Source: Candidatus Omnitrophota bacterium
GTDB taxonomy: Bacteria; Omnitrophota; Gorgyraeia; Zapsychrales; Zapsychraceae
Assembly (NCBI GenBank): GCA_020429915.1
Contig: JAGQKV010000018.1
Span: 69,770 to 133,769, forward strand
Direction: 5' to 3'
Length of the DNA: 64,000 bases
Below are positions 35,927 to 45,700 of the stretch, one piece after another. Each line of letters starts with the position of its first letter. The stretch's first letter is position 1. Position numbers and translations under genes: made by a program. The notes under the pieces are model-generated. The model ran no database searches, was not told the DNA's origin, and saw only the letters and a list, made by a program, of their open reading frames with translations.

Positions 35927-37579
35927 TTATACGTTAGCCAGCGCACTGTCCTTCAAATGCTGGATATAATCTTCCTTGAAAAACCGCAAAGTGCTCAACA
36001 GCGGATTGGGGGCGGACATGCCCAGTCCGCACAGGCTGGTGTCTTTGACCACATGCGCCAGCTGCTCCAGGGTGGCCAGATCGATGTCGGTCGCCCGCCC
36101 CTCATAGATCTTGGTCAACAGGTCAAACATCTGTTTGGTCCCGACGCGGCAGGGAATACACTTTCCGCACGACTCGTCGACGCAGAATTCCATGAAATAC
36201 CGGGCTACGTCGACCATATCCGAGGTCTCGTCCATAACGATCAACCCGCCGGACCCCATGATCGAACCGAGCTCCTGCAGGGATTCATAATCCACCGGAT
36301 GGTCGAGATGCTGTTCCGGGATACACCCGCCGGACGGTCCGCCGGTTTGCGCGGCCTTGAATTTATGGCCGCCGGGAATCCCCCCACCGATCTCAAAGAT
36401 GATGTCGCGCAGGTTAGTCCCCATCGGGACTTCGATTAATCCCGAAATTTGTACTTTGCCGGCTAAGGCGAATACCTTGGTCCCGGCGCTCTTGGGAGTC
36501 CCGACTTCACCGAAGGCTGTGCCGCCGCTGATAACGATCGGGGCGATATTCGCGAACGTCTCCACATTGTTGATCAGAGTCGGCTTTCCCCACAGGCCGC
36601 TTTCCGCAGGGTACGGCGGGCGCGGGCGCGGCGTACCGCGCTTGCCTTCGATGGACGCCAGCAACGCGGTCTCTTCGCCGCAGACGAACGCCCCGGCGCC
36701 GATACGGATCTCCACATCAAAGGAGAAGTCACTGCCCATAATACTGCGGCCCAGGAATCCTTTTTTCCTGGCCTGCTTGAGAGCTTCTTCAAATCGCTTG
36801 ATCGCCGCCGGATACTCCCCGCGGATGTAGGCATAGCCCTGTGTCGCGCCGATTGCGTAGCCGGCCAGGATCATTCCTTCGAGAACGCGGTGCGGGTCGC
36901 CCTCCAGGATACTGCGGTCCATAAACGCACCCGGATCCCCCTCATCGGCATTACACACGACATATTTCTGGTCGGCGACGTGACGGTACACGGTCTCCCA
37001 TTTGAAACCGGTCGGATACCCGGCCCCGCCGCGGCCGCGCAGCCGGCTGAGCTTGATCTCGCCGATAATATGCTCGGGGCTCGACCGGTGCAGCGCGTAG
37101 GCCAGCGCCTGATAGCCGTTGACGCCGATGTAATCCTCGATGCTTTCGGGATTGATGCGTCCGCAGTTCTCCAGTACGATCCGCTTCTGTCGCTTGAAAA
37201 AAGGATCTTCCCGGGAGTCGACAAAAGGTTTGTCGCGGTACTCACTGAACAGGAGCTTATCCTCCTGAGGCGTATCCTTCACGATGTGGTCGTCAACCAG
37301 CGCTTCGACGGCATCGCCGTCGAGCTTTTCATAGATGGTTTCCTCGGGCAGGATCTTCACCAGCGGCCCCTGGTTGCAGGGCCCCATGCACCCCGACGGG
37401 ATCACCTGAACCGTACTCTCCAGCCCCTTGTCTTTGATAGTCTGCTTCATCGACTCCAGAACGGCTTCACTTCCCGAAGACAGGCATCCGGCGCCGCAGC
37501 AGACGCAGACTTTCTTTTTGAATGCTTTACCTTCTTCGACGATCTTTTCGCTCAGCTCCTTGAGTTCATTGGTATTCAT
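35927..37579 (-). CDS. hoxF: hydrogenase diaphorase subunit HoxF (NuoF-like NAD(H)- and FMN-binding Fe-S subunit)
   Basis: ORF track start 37816 adds 79 Arg-rich junk codons overlapping hoxE; real start MNTNELKELSEKIVEEGKAFKKKVCVCCGAGC at 37579 (GGGGGA Shine-Dalgarno); NuoF motifs ..GRGGAGYPTGFKWE.., ..ESCGKCIPCRVG.. Confidence 0.85.
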   Translation of the reverse strand: MNTNELKELSEKIVEEGKAFKKKVCVCCGAGCLSSGSEAVLESMKQTIKDKGLESTVQVIPSGCMGPCNQGPLVKILPEETIYEKLDGDAVEALVDDHIVKDTPQEDKLLFSEYRDKPFVDSREDPFFKRQKRIVLENCGRINPESIEDYIGVNGYQALAYALHRSSPEHIIGEIKLSRLRGRGGAGYPTGFKWETVYRHVADQKYVVCNADEGDPGAFMDRSILEGDPHRVLEGMILAGYAIGATQGYAYIRGEYPAAIKRFEEALKQARKKGFLGRSIMGSDFSFDVEIRIGAGAFVCGEETALLASIEGKRGTPRPRPPYPAESGLWGKPTLINNVETFANIAPIVISGGTAFGEVGTPKSAGTKVFALAGKVQISGLIEVPMGTNLRDIIFEIGGGIPGGHKFKAAQTGGPSGGCIPEQHLDHPVDYESLQELGSIMGSGGLIVMDETSDMVDVARYFMEFCVDESCGKCIPCRVGTKQMFDLLTKIYEGRATDIDLATLEQLAHVVKDTSLCGLGMSAPNPLLSTLRFFKEDYIQHLKDSALANV

Positions 37580-37593
37580 ATCGGATCCCCCGC

Positions 37594-38088
37594 TTAAAAG
37601 GTCAGTTCTTTTTCCATTTGTTCCGGCGCTACTTTGCCGAGGACCCGGTCGTCGATCACGACGGCCGGCGCCAGACCGCAGGCACCAAGACAACGGGCCG
37701 TTTGCAGTCCGAGGCTTTCGTCGGCGGTGACTTCGCCCGGACGGATGCCGAACCTGTCGGCAATCGCGTCGAGCACCGCTTGCGCGCCCTTGACATAGCA
37801 TGCGGTACCGGTACAAACCATACAGGTATGATCTCCCTGCTTGTTGAGATTGAAGAAGTGATAGAACGTGATCACACCGTAAACACGGCTCGGCGGCAGG
37901 CGCAGCGCGTGGGTGATGTGACGGACCACGTCCATAGGCAGATAACCGTACATATTCTGCGCCACGTGCAGCACCTGGATGAGCGCGTCGGGTTGCGATT
38001 TGTTCTTCTTGATCGCTGCATTGATGAGTTTTAGACGCGGATCCGCCTTAACGTCTCCGCCTTTTTTATCTGCAACCGCTTGGGTCAT
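37594..38088 (-). CDS. hoxE: hydrogenase diaphorase subunit HoxE (NuoE-like thioredoxin-fold 2Fe-2S protein)
   Basis: 164 aa; ..LIQVLHVAQNMYGYLP.. ..CMVCTGTACYVKGA.. ..CLGACGLAPAVVID.. Confidence 0.8.
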   Translation of the reverse strand: MTQAVADKKGGDVKADPRLKLINAAIKKNKSQPDALIQVLHVAQNMYGYLPMDVVRHITHALRLPPSRVYGVITFYHFFNLNKQGDHTCMVCTGTACYVKGAQAVLDAIADRFGIRPGEVTADESLGLQTARCLGACGLAPAVVIDDRVLGKVAPEQMEKELTF

Positions 38089-38126
38089 GTTCCCATCCTC
38101 CGTTTGAGGTGTTCCCCATATAATAT

Positions 38127-38753
38127 TTATTCGTCCCTGGCATAGGCCTGCGCGAAGTAGTTCACCGTTTCCAACTCCAGCACGAGATTGATACTGTCGA
38201 CGAAGACCTCCTCGGGAGCCTTGAGTACCACCGGTGCGAAATTGAGGATCCCGCGGATGCCGGCCCCGACCATTTTGTCCATCACCTGCTGGGCCGCAGC
38301 GACCGGAACGGCGATGATCCCCGTTATGATGCCCTCCCGCCGGACGAAGGCGCTCATGTCGTCAAAAGGCAGGACGGGAATACCGGCGCCAGCATCGTGC
38401 CGGGCGGGATCAATATCAAAGGCAGCCACCAGCCGGATTCCCTCCCGTGAAAATCCGTCGTACTGCAAAAGAGCCCGGCCGATGTTTCCCGCGCCGACCA
38501 GGATGGCCTCCTGGGTTTCGTTCTTGCCGAGTTTGTTATTAAGCTGGTTGATGAGTTCCGCCACGACATAGCCGCCGCGCTTGTTACCGCTGATTGCAAA
38601 GAGCGAGAAATCCTTCCGGACCTGGACGGCCGTCACGCCGATGGCTTCGGCCAGATCATCAGAGTAGATCCGCACAAAGCCCAGTTTTTGCAGCCGGAAG
38701 AGCGCCTGCCGGTACTGATAGAGGCGCTTGATGAAGTGTTTGGGTGTCTTCAT
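38127..38753 (-). CDS. rex: redox-sensing transcriptional repressor Rex
   Basis: 208 aa; winged-helix ..YSDDLAEAIGVTAVQVRKDFSLFAISGNKRGGYVV.. and Rossmann NADH-binding ..ILVGAGNIGRALL..; heads the hoxEFUYH operon. Confidence 0.85.
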   Translation of the reverse strand: MKTPKHFIKRLYQYRQALFRLQKLGFVRIYSDDLAEAIGVTAVQVRKDFSLFAISGNKRGGYVVAELINQLNNKLGKNETQEAILVGAGNIGRALLQYDGFSREGIRLVAAFDIDPARHDAGAGIPVLPFDDMSAFVRREGIITGIIAVPVAAAQQVMDKMVGAGIRGILNFAPVVLKAPEEVFVDSINLVLELETVNYFAQAYARDE

Positions 38754-38820
38754 TTGTTGTTCTGAGCAGTCACAATATTTATGATTATTCTATTCTAATC
38801 ACATGTGATTGTCAATTATT

Positions 38821-38839
38821 ACGTGAATTTTATCACTTT
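38821..38839. promoter_or_regulatory. candidate Rex operator (ACGTGAA-TTTT-ATCACTT, near-match to TTGTGAA-N4-TTCACAA)
   Basis: Imperfect inverted repeat ~70-85 nt upstream of rex ATG; a second perfect 14-bp palindrome AATCACATGTGATT lies at ~38797-38810. Confidence 0.4.
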
Positions 38840-38927
38840 AAAACGCATTAAATCACACCATGAACAACGCATCGCAGTTTGGCAGGAATTTCTTTTTTAA
38901 GATTCAGGAGCGGTTATTCGACACGGA

Positions 38928-39599
38928 TCATTTACGCCGGTTTCGTTCAAACATGCTGCGGGCCTCGCCGATGTTACGGGGCTGCTTGGCTGCCTTCTTT
39001 CCGTTATCGTCATCATCGTCATCACCGCCGCGTAACTGCGTGGCACGTTCATGCGATTTGACAATCCCACCGGCACGGCCACGGCTGCTAAACTTAGGCT
39101 TGTTGCCCAGTTCGGATTTTCCTTCAAACGGCGGAATGCTGCGCGAACCGCGGCGAACGGTTTCTTCGACCGGCTCAACGACTTTGTCGGCCTTGGTCTT
39201 GGCGGTAGTTTTGGTAGTTTTCTCTTTGGGGGGAGCTTCTTCGTAATAATAGTTGTCGAGGTTACCCTTGCGGGCGGCCTCCTCATCCCGGAGCTTGGTA
39301 ACCTGTTCTTGATAGTCGTCGAGGATCATTTGCTTACGCTTGCGAAACTCCCGCTCGAGATCCTGCTTTTTCATCTGCAGGGTGAGATCGGCCGGCCCCG
39401 GATTCATCGCATTGATGCGGGCCGTGTAATCCTTCTCGACCTCCTTTTTCAGCTGGAGATAGTCTTCGCGCAACTGAGCGCGGAGCTGATCGTAGTCGGG
39501 CATCTCTTCTTCCACCGCGACCGGTTCCGCCGCGATATCTTCGGCGGCCGCGGGATTCACGGTCAAAAACAGAATGAACAACGGGAGGAAATAACGCAT
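38928..39599 (-). CDS. secreted Lys/Glu-rich coiled-coil protein, hypothetical
   Basis: ORF track start 39620; probable start MRYFLPLFILFLTVNPAAA (signal peptide); highly charged helical region, DDDDDD run, basic tail; directly downstream of giant gene. Confidence 0.5.
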   Translation of the reverse strand: MRYFLPLFILFLTVNPAAAEDIAAEPVAVEEEMPDYDQLRAQLREDYLQLKKEVEKDYTARINAMNPGPADLTLQMKKQDLEREFRKRKQMILDDYQEQVTKLRDEEAARKGNLDNYYYEEAPPKEKTTKTTAKTKADKVVEPVEETVRRGSRSIPPFEGKSELGNKPKFSSRGRAGGIVKSHERATQLRGGDDDDDDNGKKAAKQPRNIGEARSMFERNRRK

Positions 39600-39791
39600 A
39601 GCAATACTCCTTTTTGACACGGAAAATGGGCCCTCGCGGACCTCTTAAAGCATAACATCTTCTTCCCGTATTGCACTCATTAAATTGCGGTTTCGGGCCG
39701 ATAAAGTCATACGGGATGCAGTGTGCCGCGAATGTATTCGCGAAACATAGATATTCTTAAGATGCTGTAATTAATAACTTTATGATGTGAA

Positions 39792-42700
39792 CTAAAGAAG
39801 CGTGTCTTCTTCTCGTAAGGCACTGATCAGCTGGGGCTCTGAATCGTCTTCCGGCAATTCGGTATTGGCACCGAGCAGCAGCGGGAGATTGGTCGGCAGC
39901 ACGTTGAGGATGACCGGGTAAAACCCTTCCACGGGAATGGAATCAAGCGTGGTCGTATCCAGCGGAATGGCCGTAACGCCGTTATCACCGCTCACTTCCA
40001 GATCGATACGGTTGGGGTTCAGATCGATACCCCCGACCTCCCGGGAAGGTTGACTTAATACGGCGGAATCCGATCCCGGCTGTTGTTTTCGCTGACGGGC
40101 TGCGGTATCGACCTCGCGGATGAAGACCTCCATCTCCTCCGTCGAACGAGTGAATTCGGCCGTGAAATCACCGGTCAAACCGGTCAGAAAGGCGTCGATC
40201 GCACGGCCCATGCGAATACCGAAACGCTGATCATTACGCGGATCCAGACCTTCAATGTCCGTGTCATCATGATGGGTGTGATCGCCCGGTTCCTCAAACT
40301 GCGGCAAATGCTGGGACTCATGGAACAGCGTTTCCAGAAAATTCCACAGCTCGTTCCCGGCTTCGGCACTGGACAGAAAGACCTCCAGCTGCTCGGGATT
40401 GTTCCGTAACGCCAACAACTGGGCAAACACGCGCTCGTTATAAGCGAGATTCCACCGCATGCCGCCGACGCCGGAACTGGCCGAGGCGCTATCCAGCCGA
40501 TTGTAAAATTCAACGGCGGGCATGTCTTCTCCTACGACGGGCTGCAGGAAACGTCGGATAAGGTAATCCAAAAAGAGCCGACCGCCCGCCGGGAGTCGAT
40601 CCCACACTTCAGCCGGGTCGAGACGCCTGGATTGCGCGGCGGAGATAAACCCCTGCAATCGGCCTCCGGTGATACCCGCGGCGTAATCCGAAAGGTTGCC
40701 GATCGATTCCTCCAGGTCGGCGGCAAACTCGCCGCGCGGTTTGAAATCGGATTTGAGCCGGGTCCGCTCATCGATCTGCACCGCTCCCGCCGTCCGGGCA
40801 CGTATTTGGCTGCGCTCGATAAACCGTTCGCGGATTTCGTGCAAGGTCATTTCCCCGCTGTAGGCGTCCGACTCGAACGGCAGATAGGACAGCAACGCGA
40901 ACAAACGCGTGGGTGTCTCTAAGTATTCCGACAAGACTTGTTCATCAATCTCCCCGTAGCGTCCGGTGTACATCTTGCGGACCAGGTCCTGCGCATCTGC
41001 TCGCTCGATCTTTCGGAAGTTATCAAAATAATCGGCCGGCATCCCCGGGATTTTCCGGCCGTCGTCGACGTAATCACGCAGGACCGTCTTGAGTATGTTA
41101 TGCAGAACCGTCAGTTGCAATTCCTTGATGAATTTGTGCTCTTGCGAATACCCGGTGCGGGGAATGTTCAACTGGATGCTGCGCGGCAGGGCAATGTGCA
41201 GCCCTCCGCGGCGCTCAAAGGCCGCCAACAACCATGTCGGGACAAAACGCAATTCCTTTTGGTCCGGTTCCTTGATAAAGATGCCGTCCTGCATAACGCG
41301 CTTCTTGAAGCGTTCATCGGCGCGGCCCACACTGACCTCGCCCCATTGTTCTCCCATACTGGTGACGGCCACGGTATCGATTTCGTCCGTAAAAGTCTCG
41401 CCGTTGTAGTTAATGCGGACATCGCGCACATTCGGCGCTTCATCGCGGTTGGCGCGCTGTTCAGGCGACGTGATCCCGCCGGCAAAGCGTTGCAGCGCTT
41501 CCTGGATAAACAAACTTTCCAGCTGGGGATCACTCTTTTGATTGTTCTTGATCCGCCGGATCTCTGTTCCCCGCTCGACCCCGCTTAAGACCTCCCAGCT
41601 TTCGATGACCGGACCGCGACGCGCGTCCGGGACGATCTGCAGTTCGTGGATAACGCCGTCACCCGTCGAGGTTCGGATGAACACCCGGTCAAAATCGGCA
41701 AACAGCGTGTAGTTACCCTGCCCGAGATTCCCGGTGTCCGTAAGATAATCCTTGGATGACTGGTCCAGCGGGAAGAAATAGCGGATCAAATGGAACAGAT
41801 TCATCCCGGTCCCGCGGTCCCGCACAGCGAACACCCAGTCATTTCCTTCCATAAAATTACGGATCTCGATATCCCCGTCGGTGACGGCCAGTGTATTTTC
41901 CTCTCGGGCTCGCCGGGTAGCGTCACGGGCATTCTGGACGGCAATCTCCCGCACCCAAGCCCGCTGCGTCTTGTCTTGCCCTTCAATTGCGGAGCGGATA
42001 ATGCCGACATAGTCTTCCAAATTCCGTCCGCGCAACTGTTCCACCATGGCCAGAAATTCGGTGAAACCGATGTCGGGATTCTCCTGAATCGTTCGCGAGA
42101 AAGTTTCATACAGATTATTGAGCAGGGCCAATGACACCGGCTCGCTTAACCGGTCGGTCACCCGCCAGGCCGGATTACGGGGGGTGGCCTCCTCTTCCTC
42201 AAGAAGCGTGACGTCTTCCTCTCTTAGGAATCGTACGACGGCGCGCAGCAGTCCCGGCAGCCCGTCCAGCCGGTCCCGCGGATTCAGGGCGGCGAATCCG
42301 GTGCGCCGTTCGGTGGGATTGATCAGGTCCTCCATATCCCAGATGCGCATCACTCCGTCGGAGCCCGTCGTGGAAATCAGCCCTTCGGCCGCCGTGATAT
42401 CAAAGGCCTCCATAGTGCCGTCGTGCGGCTGCCACTCATGGATGATTTCGCCTGTAGCAATGTCACGGATGCTGAGTTGGTCCATAGCGGTGTTAACCAT
42501 AATTATATATTTATTATCCGGACTGATCTTGATCGCCCAGTGACCATCTTCAACGGTGTGCGCCAGACGGTTGTCAAACAGGTCCCAAACCTGCGTCGAC
42601 ATGTCCGTGGTGGTGTAAAGGAGAAACCGTCCGTCGTTGCTGACCCGCCAGGGGAACACGGAGCGCATCTCTTCCATCAAGGGCGGTCCGGTATCAAAAT

Positions 42701-45700
42701 CGTTCTCCGCGATTCCCGTCTCGAGGTCCACCACCTGAACATGCGGCTTATCCGACCGTTCCACCACGGCGACGGGCACATTAGGCAAAATCTCGGCGCG
42801 CAGCACCCCATCAAGAAGTTTGACCTGCCGTCTTTCCTTAAGGTCCCAGATCTCCCAGCGCGACACATTCATCCGTGATGGAAGCATCATAAAGCGACCG
42901 TCGCTGGACAGACGGAAATTGTCGTTGACGCTTATTTCCGCCGGGATGACATATGAGCCCGCATTACCGTCGACGTCAAAGATGACCGTGTCCCGCGTGC
43001 CGCGGTCGGTCACAAACACCAGTGTTTTACCGCCCGCGTCGGTGAGAAAACGCGGGATTTGCTCGGCGCTGAACCGTGACCTGACCCGCTGGTCATGCGT
43101 CGAGCGGAGCAGGATGTCTGCGCCTGCTTCGATGTAGTATTTGCCGTCGGACGAATACTGCATCAATTCCGGCCCCACACTGTGCCGCAACAGGGACGTA
43201 TTTCTGTCCCATACCTCCAGCGTATTGTCTTTGGAGTGAATCGCAATAGCGTCCTCAATAAATTTAACACTTCTAATATTGGACACCTCAATTTCCGAAC
43301 CGTGGATCATCGCGCTGATTTCTCCGGTCCGCACATTGCGGATCCGGATCGCCCCGTCCGCGTCCGCCGTGGCGATGTGATCTTTGTCCGCGCTGCCTAA
43401 ATAGTTTTGCTGTCCGTCACGTTCCGCCAACAGCTCGGTCAAGGGCTGAACCAGGTCCATCGGCCGATAAACATGCAGCAGATCCGCGTCCTCGTCTTCC
43501 GAATGAGACGCGGTGATGATCCATTCCCCTTTCGGACCGACAAACGTGGTTTGGGCCCGCTGGTCGGCGAGATCAAGGACCTGCTCCGGTTTATCGGTCG
43601 CGTCAAATCCGGTATCCTCACCTTCGGGCGGCCGCAGGTTCCAGATCTTGATTTTACTGTCGCTGCCGAGGGAAACCAGCTGCCGCCCGTCTCCCGTCAC
43701 CCCTAAATAATCGACTGTGTCCGTATGACCTTCATAAACATCCACGGCATCCAGGGTCGCCACATCAAACACGCCGATTTCATGAGTGCCCGCCATGATA
43801 TCGGTCATCGGCAGAACCAACCGCTTGCCGTCCGGTGTCAGGGTGGCCACATTGCGGGAGCTACCCCAACCCCGCATGTGCTTGATCTCACCGCCGGCAA
43901 ACAGCGGCAAGACCGTGACCTCCTCACCGATGCGTATGGCGAACCTCCCATCCGGCGTGGTCAGCAGTTGCCGCGACGTGGACGGTAAACTTTCCCGCGT
44001 CCCGGAGATGCGGTTCATTGTGTTGCCGGTCAAGTCGAACTGCCAGATTGAGGAGTCCGCGGTCATCACCAGAATCTGCTCCTCATGATCCGCATTCGCC
44101 TGCGCGAACACAATATCAGCCCTCCGGCCCGTGTCGGCAACGAGAACGTTCAGCAAAGTTCCGGTGCGCGCATCCCACATACGGACCGCGCCGTCAAACG
44201 TATGCGTCACCAGGACATTTCCGCTCGGATTGGCCTTCATCGAGAGCACAATCTGAGAATTTTCAAACTCGGTCGCGACGGTCCCGTCGGCCAAGTTCCA
44301 TTTCACAATACCGGTCCCGCGCACGGTCGTGTACAGGTATTGTCCGCCGGGCGCGATCTCCATCTGATCCCGGGATCGGACCGTGGCCAAACGAGGATCG
44401 CTCACGCTCAGCAGCGGGCGTCCGGTAGACGGATCGGAAACTGTCAACGTTTCGCCGTCGATACTGATCAGACGTTTGCCGTCCGGTGTTACCGTCGCCG
44501 CGCTGAACTGCGTCGTCCGGGCTAATTGAAAGTTCGTCACGGCGGGACCGAGATCCTCCTGCGTGGCGTAAACCTGTCCGAGACGGTCGGCAAAGGACTG
44601 CGCGGCCTTCGGGTCCTGGTCGTAGATCCGCAACCAACGGGAAATCACCCGTTTGATCCCGTCTCCCGAAACATACGGCACCGCTTCGTTGATAGCCGCA
44701 AAGGCCTCTTCCATACTCTCCAGGTTGCGGTTCCGGAAAATACGTCCGACAGTCTCCACCACCTCGGCGTCCACGGCCTCAAGCCCCATTTCATCAAGTT
44801 GGGACAACACGCGGTGAAAGTCCGCGTCGGATGCCTGTTCAACCAGCCCAGCGCCCAACAACAAATTTCCGAGATAGCGTTGCAGCCGTTGCGGATGATC
44901 CCGGTTGAGAAAATAAGCCGCGTTCACACTGAGAAACTCGGTATCCGGCGGCAGGATGCGTTCCAGATTTTCCAGCAGGTTCTCAAACAGCGCTCCCGAG
45001 TTCCCCTCCAGCGGAATGATCCACCGCCACTCGACACTGTCGCGCATATTTTCCGGGACCGCCGCGACAAAGGCATTGAGCCGGGCAAAGAGTTGTCTGA
45101 CCCGCTCCTCCGACGCATCGACCTCTTTGTTGACGGAGATGAATTTGGTTTTCATCGTCTCCCACCGGCGTTCCTCGTCGCTGAGAATAGCTTTATCTGT
45201 ATCTCCCCGCCCGATTTGCCGGGACAAAGCCTCAAATCTTTGTATGTCTTCCAATGTGACATTGGGAATTCGGCGTTCTCCGCGCTGGATCTGTTCGTAA
45301 AGTTCGGCCAGGGTGGGTTCCGACCGCTGCTTGAAGTACCGCTGCAACCAGCTCGCCTGGCCGGCGTTCACCACCGCGCTGAGCTCTTTAAACTCGTCCA
45401 GCATGGGCAGAACGTCAGCGGCCTCCGGCTGTTCGGCAGCTTCTGCCGTCGGCTGCAAAATCGTCCCCCGGGGAGATTGCCGCCGGCCGTAACCCCTGTA
45501 GTAATTCAGGCGAAGATTGAGCAGCATCGGTTGGTACTTGTACTTTTCGTACACCGCCCGGTTGATCAGCAGGTACGGCCCGGCCTCCAGGAATGTCACA
45601 TCCGCGCCGGTCTTAAACGGCACCACATAAGCCTTGCTGAATCGGCCGGGACGGAACGATTTTTCCAGCGACTCGGCCCCGGGGATCTGGTCCGGAGAAA

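Noticed and set aside
37580-37816. N-terminal extensions in the ORF track (hoxF 79 extra codons, hoxH, flippase, GT4 genes at 3165 and 11345, membrane protein 28002, ORFs at 32770, 14417, 17883, 58631, 49484)
   Set aside because: The track takes the first possible ATG/GTG/TTG. The extended parts overlap the upstream gene out of frame and read as Arg-rich junk. Internal starts with Shine-Dalgarno sequences and family-typical N-termini were preferred.
38860-39246. Plus-strand ORF 38860..39246 (128 aa) and 38879..39061 in the rex upstream region
   Set aside because: It overlaps the better-supported minus-strand secreted coiled-coil gene. Its translation is a Ser/Leu-rich low-complexity string.
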